Shown piece by piece: positions 9,574 to 17,636 of a stretch of 64,000 bases of DNA. Both the position numbers and the translations under genes were made by a program. Source of the DNA: Acidobacteriota bacterium (GTDB taxonomy: Bacteria; Acidobacteriota; UBA890; WLXD01); NCBI GenBank assembly GCA_965205505.1, contig CBDBHB010000009.1, positions 608,001 through 672,000 of the forward strand, written 5' to 3'. The notes beneath the pieces were generated by a model. That model worked only from the letters and a program-made list of their open reading frames with translations. It had not been told where the DNA came from and did not search any database. Numbering within the stretch: the stretch's first letter is position 1; each line of letters opens with the position of its first letter.

Positions 9574-9647
9574 GGCACCGTAGACAAACTGGCAAAGTCG
9601 CCCGGCTAGCAAACTGGGAGATCCGGGTCCGAATCCCGGCGGTGCCT
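9574..9647 (+). tRNA. tRNA-Cys-like cloverleaf with 8-nt anticodon loop (CUAGCAAA); atypical or pseudo-tRNA
   Basis: GGCACCG/CGGTGCC acceptor, UA, D-arm GAC..GG..GTC, CCCGG/CTGGG anticodon stem, 4-nt variable loop, CCGGG-TCCGAAT-CCCGG T-arm, discriminator U; no encoded CCA. Confidence 0.8.
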
Positions 9648-9685
9648 CACTTGTTTCACTCCCGCTAGCAAACAGGAGGTAGCTC

Positions 9686-9730
9686 ATGAGCTACACGCGG
9701 ATTCTACCGCGTGGCCCGCCAGCCGCGTAA
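9686..9730 (+). CDS. Possible 14-aa peptide MSYTRILPRGPPAA
   Basis: Perfect SD AGGAGGT (9674-9680) 5 nt before ATG; otherwise unsupported. Confidence 0.3.
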   Translation: MSYTRILPRGPPAA

Positions 9731-9885
9731 CCCTGAAACGCGCAAGGGGCCGGGGTTGCGTCTCGCGATTGCGCCCCGGCCACCTAAAAGTCGCCCGGCC
9801 CGCTGCCGTTAAGGTTGCGGCGACCGAGTGGGCGCTTGACGACCTGCTCGTGTGGGAAGCGCCTTACTGAGTAGCGTGGCCAGAC

Positions 9886-10443
9886 CTAGCAGCACTGCCG
9901 CGCAGCGCGACTATACGAGCTGTAGATTTCGACCTGTGGCGGCCGAGGGCGATTTATCCAATTGGCTAGACGCCGCAGTAGTCTGCGCAGCCAGGCATGA
10001 TCAGCGAGCAAACGGATCAGCACGCTGTTATCGTAGATGATCTTCAAAATCGCGTCGAAATACGAGGAGACAACCCTCTCCACCCGTTCATCTCCCAGAG
10101 ACCTGATCTGGTGTCGTAGCTCAGCGAGCCTCTTCTGCTCCGCAGGGTCTTTTCCGGAGCGCCGCCCCTCTTCGATTACGGCTACGAAGTTCCGAAAGTT
10201 CAGGTGATCTACGTTTCTTACTAGCTTGTTGGTGGTCCCATAGAACGTCGTAAAGATCATGTTGTCTTCTGACAGGCGCTTTTCTGCGACCAGTTGCACC
10301 AGCTCATCACGTACCGCATACAACCCATATGCTCTTATCTCTCGATCAACGCGGCGTAAGCGCCACCGCGCAACCACGAGTGACGCCGCTAGGACGAAAG
10401 CGACCACCGTCAAAACTGCGATGTCAGCCAGACTCATCGTCAT
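9886..10443 (-). CDS. Hypothetical protein, N-terminal TM anchor plus helical domain
   Basis: 185 aa ORF with AT-richer codon usage, TM segment, GGAG SD; overlaps upstream ORF by 20 nt. Confidence 0.75.
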   Translation of the reverse strand: MTMSLADIAVLTVVAFVLAASLVVARWRLRRVDREIRAYGLYAVRDELVQLVAEKRLSEDNMIFTTFYGTTNKLVRNVDHLNFRNFVAVIEEGRRSGKDPAEQKRLAELRHQIRSLGDERVERVVSSYFDAILKIIYDNSVLIRLLADHAWLRRLLRRLANWINRPRPPQVEIYSSYSRAARQCC

Positions 10444-10714
10444 CTCCCTCGCTAAGGGGAAGGTCGCTCTGGTACCTAGAGTCGCTCGACAGCCTCTCTC
10501 TTAGTATGACGTCCTGGAGCTTGTTCCGGTTCTCCACGAGGCGCGTGATTTCCGCGTTTTTGTCTTCCAATCGCCGCTCATACATTCGATGAAACTGGTA
10601 GACGTACAACGCCAACAGGAGAAAGAGCAGTGCTGCGAAAGGCTCGTATTGGGTCCAAACATCCTCGATGATTCGGCGCAACAAGTCTGCCCAGCCGGAT
10701 GAAACTTGCTGCAT
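10424..10714 (-). CDS. Hypothetical small membrane protein (1 TM plus coiled coil, acidic tail)
   Basis: FAALLFLLLALYVY then RRLEDKNAEITRLVENRNKLQDVIL; coupled to the 9886-10443 ORF. Confidence 0.7.
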   Translation of the reverse strand: MQQVSSGWADLLRRIIEDVWTQYEPFAALLFLLLALYVYQFHRMYERRLEDKNAEITRLVENRNKLQDVILRERLSSDSRYQSDLPLSEGDDDESG

Positions 10715-10922
10715 CGAGAGTCCGAGACTTGGTGACTGGAGACGGTCGATAGCGCGCCGCTTGCCGGCCTACCATCGGTCACGGTCAGCATCGGAGTGGG
10801 CGATTCTCCTCGGAAATGGATCACGCGAACTGTTGCATCGATTTTCGCAGCCCGCAAGGTGCGGAGTGTCTGTAGTTTGAACAGAAGAGGCACGAAATTG
10901 TCTCCTTCCGTATCTGAGCCGA

Positions 10923-10982
10923 GAAAAATCCATGCCGGTCTACGTTTCAGTGACTTTCATAATGGGACACTACCCAGAAGTG
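10923..10982. repeat. Direct repeat A2 (60 bp), right boundary of island
   Basis: Copy of 8694-8753 (51/60). Confidence 0.9.
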
Positions 10983-10984
10983 AC

Positions 10985-11014
10985 TTGACATTAACGTTTG
11001 ATTTGTCGTACAAT
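10985..11014 (+). promoter_or_regulatory. Near-consensus sigma70 promoter
   Basis: TTGACA (10985-10990)-N18-TACAAT (11009-11014). Confidence 0.65.
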
Positions 11015-11038
11015 CTTCTGATTGATGCTGTAAACGCT

Positions 11039-11069
11039 CCGTCCGGGCAGCCGCCGGGCGGTTTTTTTT
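11039..11069 (+). terminator. Intrinsic terminator
   Basis: Stem ccgtccgg/ccgggcgg (one G-U), 7-nt loop, followed by T8. Confidence 0.8.
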
Positions 11070-11333
11070 GTCCCACGGACGGACGTCGCCGGCACGCGCG
11101 TAACCCGGATCTGATCGTCGTTCTCTTCCAGGGACCAGACTCGTGACGCGATGGACTTCTGTGGATCCTTCTCGGGTGTTGCCATTGCTATGGCGCTGAG
11201 CACGCCCCCGAGCGGCCGCTTCAGCCGCGGATCATCACGAATCCGTCGCCGTGAAGGGGGGCGCGGACTCTAGCATGCTCGGTCTCGCCGCCTGCCAGCC
11301 CGGCTGGTAGACGAGCATTGCCGCGGATGCCGG

Positions 11334-13163
11334 CTAGCTGAGTGAGAGCACACGTTCGACCTCTGCCGCGACCTCGGTGGCGAGCTCGGCGCACTCGGCC
11401 AGCGCGTTCCCGATGTCGCTCCGCATCTCGGCGCCGAATTCAGCGTCGTCGATGTGCCGCAGGTTGATGCGCACGTTGTAGGCCGCCGCCTGCGCCCCTG
11501 CGTGTGCCAGCAGCGCACCGGTGCCGGCGTCGCTGATCATCTCGGGGTCGGCCATCGCGGCGATCTCACGGCAAACGCGAAGCGCATCGCGACACTGCTG
11601 CACGGTGGCCAGCGGTACGCGGGTGGCAGCCTTGTAGCCCTCCTGCATGGATTCGGCGCGCTCTGCCTGCTGGGCTTCGGTGTCGCGCGGCATACGCATG
11701 GCGTCGAGCACCTTGTCGAAGGCGCTGGTGTCGGCGTCGACGCCACGCAGCAGGGCGTCCTTGACGGCCTGGCCGCGCTCGGCGATCGAGCAGAGCTCGT
11801 CGTACCGGTCGCTAAACTCTCCCTTGCCGACGCTGAGGTTGGCCACCATGGCGGCGAGGGCGCCGCCCAGCGCGCCTGCCAGTGCAGCGACCGAGCCGCC
11901 GCCCGGCGCCGGCGTGTCGCGCGATACCTCGTCGACGAAGTCAAAGGTGGTGCGGTTCACGAGCGGGCCGTCGATCAGCGGCATCGCCAACACCTTTTCG
12001 CCGGCCTCGAACGGCGCCACGTCGCGCAGCCCCATCGATTGAATCGCCGTCTCCATCAGGTCGGGCACCGGCGCGCCGGTCGATTTGCGCATGCGGCGCA
12101 CGTAGAACAGCGCCGCCTCGCGCATGACCTCGTAGGGCACCACGCCGACGATCTCGGAGCCGGTGATCACGATGCCCCGCTCACCGGCCACTTCACGCGT
12201 TGCCTCGAACACCTCGTGCAGCGGCGCCTCCTTGGTGTTGGTGAGGTTCATGCTCACCTGGGCGCGCTTGAACTCCTCGATCACCCAGCCGATGCCCTTG
12301 ACGTGGGTGAACAGTCCGTCCGTGTAGACCGGACCGGTCGGGTTGTCGGGATCGATGCCCAGGTCGTCGTAGCGCTGGCGCAGATCGCCACCGTGCTCCT
12401 TGCAATAGTGGGCCGCGAGCTCATCGAACGACTTGCCGACGAAGTCGCAAGGGCCGCACGGGTAGGTGCCATCTTCGGGAAACTTCACCACCGTGCCCTT
12501 GTAGTAGAAGGGCTCGATGTTGCCGGTGCGCTTCCAACGTCCGCGCTCACGCACCGCGTAGGCAATCTCATTGGCATAGCGCCGGTCGGTGGTGTTCAGA
12601 TCGACGTTGTAGGCGACGAGGAACTCGCGCGCTCCGACCGCGGTGGCGCCGGCACCGGCGTTGAGCTCGGAGGGACCGAAGTCGGGCGCCCACTCCGGGT
12701 CGGCCAGCTTGTCTTCGAGTCCCTCGTACTCTCCCGCTCGCACCCGCGACAGGTTGCGCCGCTGCGGACGGCTGGCGGCGTTCTCGTACAAGTACACGGG
12801 GATTCCCAGCTCGGTACCGATGCGCTCGCCCACCTGCCGCGCGATCTCGGCGCAATCCTCCATGGTGACACCGGAAACCGGCACGAACGGCAACACGTCG
12901 GTGGCGCCGAAGCGCGGATGGGCGCCGGAGTGCTGGCGCATGTCGATCAGCTCGGCGGCGCGCCGCACCGACTGGAACGCGGCCTCGGCAACGGCTTCCG
13001 GCTCGCCGACGAAGGTCACCACCGTGCGGTTGGTATCGGCGCCGGGGTCGACGTCGATCAGCCGCACGCCGGAAACGCTCTGGATGGCGGAGGTGATCTC
13101 CTGGATAACGCTCTCGTCCCGACCCTCCGAGAAGTTGGGGACACACTCGACGATGCGATCCAT
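11334..13163 (-). CDS. ftcD: Bifunctional glutamate formimidoyltransferase / formiminotetrahydrofolate cyclodeaminase
   Basis: MDRIVECVPNFSEGRD, NRTVVT, HPRFGATDV, AREFLVAYN, AQVSMNL; C-terminal TPAPGGGSVAA...ISDAG...NVRINL. Start set at ATG 13163. Confidence 0.95.
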   Translation of the reverse strand: MDRIVECVPNFSEGRDESVIQEITSAIQSVSGVRLIDVDPGADTNRTVVTFVGEPEAVAEAAFQSVRRAAELIDMRQHSGAHPRFGATDVLPFVPVSGVTMEDCAEIARQVGERIGTELGIPVYLYENAASRPQRRNLSRVRAGEYEGLEDKLADPEWAPDFGPSELNAGAGATAVGAREFLVAYNVDLNTTDRRYANEIAYAVRERGRWKRTGNIEPFYYKGTVVKFPEDGTYPCGPCDFVGKSFDELAAHYCKEHGGDLRQRYDDLGIDPDNPTGPVYTDGLFTHVKGIGWVIEEFKRAQVSMNLTNTKEAPLHEVFEATREVAGERGIVITGSEIVGVVPYEVMREAALFYVRRMRKSTGAPVPDLMETAIQSMGLRDVAPFEAGEKVLAMPLIDGPLVNRTTFDFVDEVSRDTPAPGGGSVAALAGALGGALAAMVANLSVGKGEFSDRYDELCSIAERGQAVKDALLRGVDADTSAFDKVLDAMRMPRDTEAQQAERAESMQEGYKAATRVPLATVQQCRDALRVCREIAAMADPEMISDAGTGALLAHAGAQAAAYNVRINLRHIDDAEFGAEMRSDIGNALAECAELATEVAAEVERVLSLS

Positions 13164-13283
13164 TTGAAGCCTCGTATTCACTGGGCTGGTTGGCGTTTCG
13201 GTCGGCCCATGATGCCCATGGAAACTCGAGGGCACAAACACCGCGTCCGACTAAATGGTGCCGGCTACGATATCAACCGGGTG

Positions 13284-13712
13284 CTAGCCCCCGGGAGGGT
13301 GGGGGAGTGAGAATTCCAGGCTCGGCCCGGCCAAACGGCGCGACGCTGGCATCGAGCCCGACAGGGCTTCACCGATAAGCGGCATCAGCTCGGGTGCCGC
13401 GAAGAAGATGAAACCCTCGTGGCCGACCTGCTCCACGACGATGTGGGCGCTATTCGGAAACCCTTGCATCACCTCTTCGGCGTTGGTGATCGGCGTTCGA
13501 CCGTCGAGATCGCCACTGACGAACAGCACGGGTATCGGCGATTCGATCGGCGCGCGGAACGCTTCACCGAGATCTTCAACACCCCATGCCGCACAGACAT
13601 CGGGATAGGGGAAGTCCGCGAGCGTTCCCAGCAGCGATGACTCCGATTCCTGCTGAATGCGTCGAGCGCGCTCTGCGGAAACCCCGGATGCACAGTCCAT
13701 CGCCCAGCGCAT
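13284..13712 (-). pseudogene. C-terminal fragment of an alpha/beta hydrolase (TAP-like)
   Basis: PVLFVSGDLDGRTP...VVEQVGH carries the catalytic Asp/His region, but there is no GxSxG part and no room upstream (GST ends at 13767). Confidence 0.65.
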
Positions 13713-13766
13713 GCATCTGGCCCCACGACACCGTAACCAGACCCGCCAGAGTCCTTCAGCACCCTG

Positions 13767-14399
13767 CTAGGGCGCGGTTGGAGCGTACCGTTGCTCGTAC
13801 CGTCCCACGGTGACCTCACGATCTGGCAGCGTATCCCGGATTGCCTCGGTCTCGAGGGTGCGTTGCAGCCAGGCACGCAGGTCGGGCCGCTCGTCGACCA
13901 GCTCCGCCAGACTGGTAAGCTAGCGTAACCAGTCCATGCGCGCCCAGTGCGGTGCGCAATGAAACGCGAGCAACGTGTGGACGCGCCCCTCGTCGGCGTC
14001 GACTGTGATCGCCAGCTGATCGAGCTCGCGCCCGATACGATCACGACGCTCGGGGTCGACCATTCCACCCGCCCGCATCGAATCGTAGAAGGTCTCGACG
14101 ACGATCTCGTCCCATTGCTTCATCGCCAGTCGTTGGCGGGCGCGAAGCCGCGCGTCGGATGCAAGGGCGCCCGTCCACCCACGCGTCTCGGCCAGGTACT
14201 CGTTGATCACCTGCGACTCGTACAGCGTGAAGTCGTCGTCGACCAGCATGGGCACGCGGCCGGTCGGGCTCAGAGCAAGGAACTCGGGGTCGCGATTATG
14301 CAGATCGATCTCGTGCAGCTCGAAGGGGATGTCGAGGTGGGCCAGCAGCGCCCGGATACGCTGTGCGAACGGGCACACCTGAGCGCTGTAGTGCTTCAA
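13767..14399 (-). pseudogene. Glutathione S-transferase with in-frame TAG at 13920-13922
   Basis: CPFAQR, SPTGRVPML, LYESQVINEYL; after the TAG the frame continues LTSLAELVDERPDLRAWLQRTLETEAIRDTLPD (GST C-terminal helices) to TAG at 13767. Confidence 0.75.
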
Positions 14400-14447
14400 C
14401 GCGCGGCGACTCCGAGTGCGCTGCCCTGAGGCCGCCGGGCCGGCATC

Positions 14448-16220
14448 CTACTGCCCTCCCAGCCAGGCCCGGTCGGCGCCAGTCGGAGCGCGTTCTTCGA
14501 GGTACTCGGCCACGACTTGCACGAACTCCGAGTTGGTCAGGTCGTCGCCGGAGCCCGAGGGGCTGTAGCCGATCCAACAATGCGGCTTACGCCACCCGTA
14601 CTCGAACGACGCCTCGGCCGGCGGGTTGTCGACCCGATCGAGGAAGTCTTGCAGCAGGAACACCGCTTCCTCGAGGTAGTAGGTGTCCATGTCGCCGGTT
14701 GCCACATGCAGCTTGCCGCGCAGCGACGGGCCGATGCTCGGCCATTGCTCGCGAAGGTAGCGGTGTAGGTCGAAGTTCTCGCGCCAATACTCGGCAACCT
14801 CGCGGTCGATCACGCCGCTGACCGGGTCCCAGATTGGAGCCGGGTAGCCGTCGTCGCCGACGGGGCCGAAGACTGCTTCCCAGATCGCCCACTGGCCACC
14901 CGAGCGGCTGTTGGGTCCGCGCGCCTGCTCCATGGTGTTTTCCATGCGCACGGTCGACCTGATGTTGCCGTCCGGCCGGCGCGCGTTGGGTCGCTCTATT
15001 CGATGCCATTCGTTGCCCGTGGTATAGGCGTTGTCGTCTTCGTAGATGCCGACGATCTGGTAATAGTTGAAGTCGACCGGATCGGGGCACCAGCCCCAGG
15101 TTCCGCCGAAGACCTCAGGGTAGAAGATCTGCGCCGCAAGAGCCTCCCAGCCTCCCGTGGAGCCCCCGGCGGTGACCCGTGCCCAGGTCTCTGGAATCAT
15201 CCGGAACTGACGCTCGAGGTACGGCATCAGCTCCTCGGTTATCGCTGTGCCGTAGGGGCCGACGTTGGCGGAGTCGACGGAGTACGAGGTGTCGTAGTAC
15301 GGGTTGGCGTCGCGCAGTGTGACGGCGAACATGCGCGGGGTATCGTCGGAATCCCATAGCTCGGTGAAGCCCGCCGCCCGAGCGCGCGGAGCCTCGTCGC
15401 CATAGCCGAGCGGTGCGGCGCGCCCCGGAAAGTGACCTTGCAAGTAAAGGGTCGGGTAGCGGGTTCCCGAGCTCGCGTCATAGCCGTACGGCAGCAGCAC
15501 GTTGGCGCCGATGTACATATCGCGGCCCCAGAACTTGCTCAGCACCTCGCTACGCATCTTGACGAACTTCACGCGATCGCTGTCGCGCGGGTTGCCCTGC
15601 TGCAGCACCTCGCCGTCGCGCAATGGCTCGATCGGCGGAATGACCTGGTCGATCACCAGTTCGATGCTGCCGCCCGCCGCCGCGTCGATCCGTACACGGG
15701 TCGGTGTGCCGTAGGCGTTGCCGGGGGCGCGAAACGCCTGCTGTCCGGCTCCGGAATTCAGATGCATCTCAACAACGTGTCCGTCGTGGCGTTCGAGTCG
15801 CGTGTACACGCTCAGGAACGGCTGAACGACGTATTCTCCAGGCGGGATGGCGTCGAAGCTCGCCAGCGGATAGCCGATAACGCCACCCTCGGACATCGTG
15901 CCCGATAGGCGCGCTCCACTGGTATCGAGCGTCACCGCGTCGTTGTCGCCGAAGCCCCGCACGTCCATGCCCCAGAGCGGCACCCCGGTGACCCCTATCT
16001 GCAGGCGTGGCTCGGTGCTGGCGTCGCGCGAGAGGATCAAGAACACGCGCCCGGTGACCGGTACCGCCAAGCCGAGGGCGGCGATCCCTGTTGCCGCGTC
16101 GGTGGACAGCCGAATCTGAACGCGCAGCGCCGCGTTGGCCGGCACAGACATCGACAGGCCGGTCAGTGCCAGGACTACGGCCACCGACACCATTGCTACA
16201 ATCCAGGTCGATCGTCGCAT
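14448..16220 (-). CDS. Secreted putative esterase (alpha/beta hydrolase, enterochelin-esterase-like)
   Basis: Signal peptide; VLLPYGY, DSANVGPYG, GGSTGG nucleophile elbow, GDMDTYYL, KPH. Confidence 0.8.
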   Translation of the reverse strand: MRRSTWIVAMVSVAVVLALTGLSMSVPANAALRVQIRLSTDAATGIAALGLAVPVTGRVFLILSRDASTEPRLQIGVTGVPLWGMDVRGFGDNDAVTLDTSGARLSGTMSEGGVIGYPLASFDAIPPGEYVVQPFLSVYTRLERHDGHVVEMHLNSGAGQQAFRAPGNAYGTPTRVRIDAAAGGSIELVIDQVIPPIEPLRDGEVLQQGNPRDSDRVKFVKMRSEVLSKFWGRDMYIGANVLLPYGYDASSGTRYPTLYLQGHFPGRAAPLGYGDEAPRARAAGFTELWDSDDTPRMFAVTLRDANPYYDTSYSVDSANVGPYGTAITEELMPYLERQFRMIPETWARVTAGGSTGGWEALAAQIFYPEVFGGTWGWCPDPVDFNYYQIVGIYEDDNAYTTGNEWHRIERPNARRPDGNIRSTVRMENTMEQARGPNSRSGGQWAIWEAVFGPVGDDGYPAPIWDPVSGVIDREVAEYWRENFDLHRYLREQWPSIGPSLRGKLHVATGDMDTYYLEEAVFLLQDFLDRVDNPPAEASFEYGWRKPHCWIGYSPSGSGDDLTNSEFVQVVAEYLEERAPTGADRAWLGGQ

Positions 16221-16317
16221 GGGGGGATCTTACAGTGGTCGACGGGATCGTTCCGGAACCCCGCCACTGATTCATGACCGCCAACTGACCACGGTGTAAC
16301 GGGAGAGTGATCGGCAG

Positions 16318-16833
16318 ATGGGTAGCTACGCAGAAGTGTTCTTCGATATCACCATCGACGGCGAGCCCGCCGGGCGCGTGGTCATGGAGCTGAGCGACGA
16401 GACTCCCAAGACCTCGGAGAACTTCCGTGCCCTGTGCACCGGCGAGAAGGGATTCGGATACGAAGGATCGGGCTTTCACCGCATCATCCCCAACTTCATG
16501 TGCCAGGCTGGCGACTTCACCAACCACAACGGTACCGGCGGCAAGTCGATATACGGCGACCGGTTCGACGACGAGAACTTCACGCTCGCGCACACTGGCC
16601 CGGGTATCCTTTCGATGGCCAACGCCGGTCCCAACACCAATGGCTCGCAATTCTTCATTTGCACCGGGGACACGGCATGGCTGGATGGCAAACACTGCGT
16701 CTTCGGGCGGGTGACCGAGGGAATGGACGTGGTCCGCGCCTGTGAGGCGGTCGGCAGTGGATCGGGGAGTGTGTCGGTGCCGGTGGTCATTGAGGCCTGT
16801 GGAGAGGTAGAGGCCTGCGGAGAGGTCTCGTAA
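16318..16833 (+). CDS. Cyclophilin-type peptidyl-prolyl isomerase (CypA-like)
   Basis: [61 protein letters not shown]. Confidence 0.97.
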   Translation: MGSYAEVFFDITIDGEPAGRVVMELSDETPKTSENFRALCTGEKGFGYEGSGFHRIIPNFMCQAGDFTNHNGTGGKSIYGDRFDDENFTLAHTGPGILSMANAGPNTNGSQFFICTGDTAWLDGKHCVFGRVTEGMDVVRACEAVGSGSGSVSVPVVIEACGEVEACGEVS

Positions 16834-16847
16834 ACCCGGCCTGAAAA

Positions 16848-17636
16848 ATGTACGAGCGCATCGTCTGTATGACGGAGGAGACCACCGAGTCTCTGTATCT
16901 CATGCAGGAGGACTGGCGCATCGTGGGCATCTCCGGATTCACCGTACGACCGCCACGCGCCCGCCAGGAGAAGCCCAAGGTCTCGGCTTTCACCAGCGCC
17001 AAGATCGACAAGATTCTCGAGCTCGCACCCGACCTGGTGCTCGGCTTCTCCGACCTCCAAGCCGATATCGCCGCCAGCCTGATCAGGGCTGGGGTCGAGG
17101 TGCATGTGTTCAACCACCGCAGCGTTGCCGGCATCCTGCGTATGGTGCGCGCCCTGGGCGGCTTGATCGGCTGTGCCGACAAGGGCGAGGAGCTAGCGGC
17201 GGAGCTGCAGTCGGGGGTCGACGAGATTCGCTGTCGGGCCGCCAGGCTACCGGCCCGGCCGCGTGTGTACTTCGAGGAGTGGGACGATCCCATGATCTCG
17301 GGAATTCGCTGGGTGTCTGAGCTCATCGGCATCGCCGGGGGCGACGAATGCTTCCCCGAACTGAGCCGCGAGTCGCTCGCCACCAACCGTATCGTTGCTG
17401 ACATGTCGGAGGTCGTGGCGCGCGCCCCCGACGTGATCCTGGGCTCTTGGTGCGGCAAGAAGTTCCGCCCCGAACGGGTCGCCGCCCGCGACGGTTGGGA
17501 CGCCCTGCCGGCGGTGCGCGACGGGCACGTGTACGAGATCAAGTCGGCGGTGATCCTGCAACCGGGGCCAGCGGCGCTGACCGACGGCGTGCACCAGATA
17601 CACGAGATCATCGCGAATTGGGCGGAGTCGCGCTGA
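16848..17636 (+). CDS. BtuF-like cobalamin/iron-complex binding protein (no signal peptide)
   Basis: RIVCMTEETTE, PDLVLGFSDLQ, VYFEEWDDP, PDVILGSWCG, LQPGP. Confidence 0.85.
   Translation: MYERIVCMTEETTESLYLMQEDWRIVGISGFTVRPPRARQEKPKVSAFTSAKIDKILELAPDLVLGFSDLQADIAASLIRAGVEVHVFNHRSVAGILRMVRALGGLIGCADKGEELAAELQSGVDEIRCRAARLPARPRVYFEEWDDPMISGIRWVSELIGIAGGDECFPELSRESLATNRIVADMSEVVARAPDVILGSWCGKKFRPERVAARDGWDALPAVRDGHVYEIKSAVILQPGPAALTDGVHQIHEIIANWAESR

Noticed and set aside
9574-9647. tRNA-Sec, allo-tRNA or tRNA-Leu(TAG) reading of the cloverleaf
   Set aside because: Standard 7/5 fold with a 4-nt variable loop; lacks the long variable arm and the UCA anticodon.
10501-10893. 130-aa minus-strand ORF with AAGGAG SD next to repeat A2
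   Set aside because: Overlaps the better 10424-10714 ORF out of frame and has no protein-like features; at most a 5' gene remnant.
11454-13310. 618-aa plus-strand ORF and similar long antisense ORFs (e.g. 28770-30314, 24983-26230, 62933-63985)
   Set aside because: Shadow frames opposite well-supported genes, expected in high-GC DNA; no motifs.
13920-13922. Pyrrolysine or genome-wide TAG recoding
   Set aside because: TAG terminates many intact genes in this window, and the position is not catalytic.
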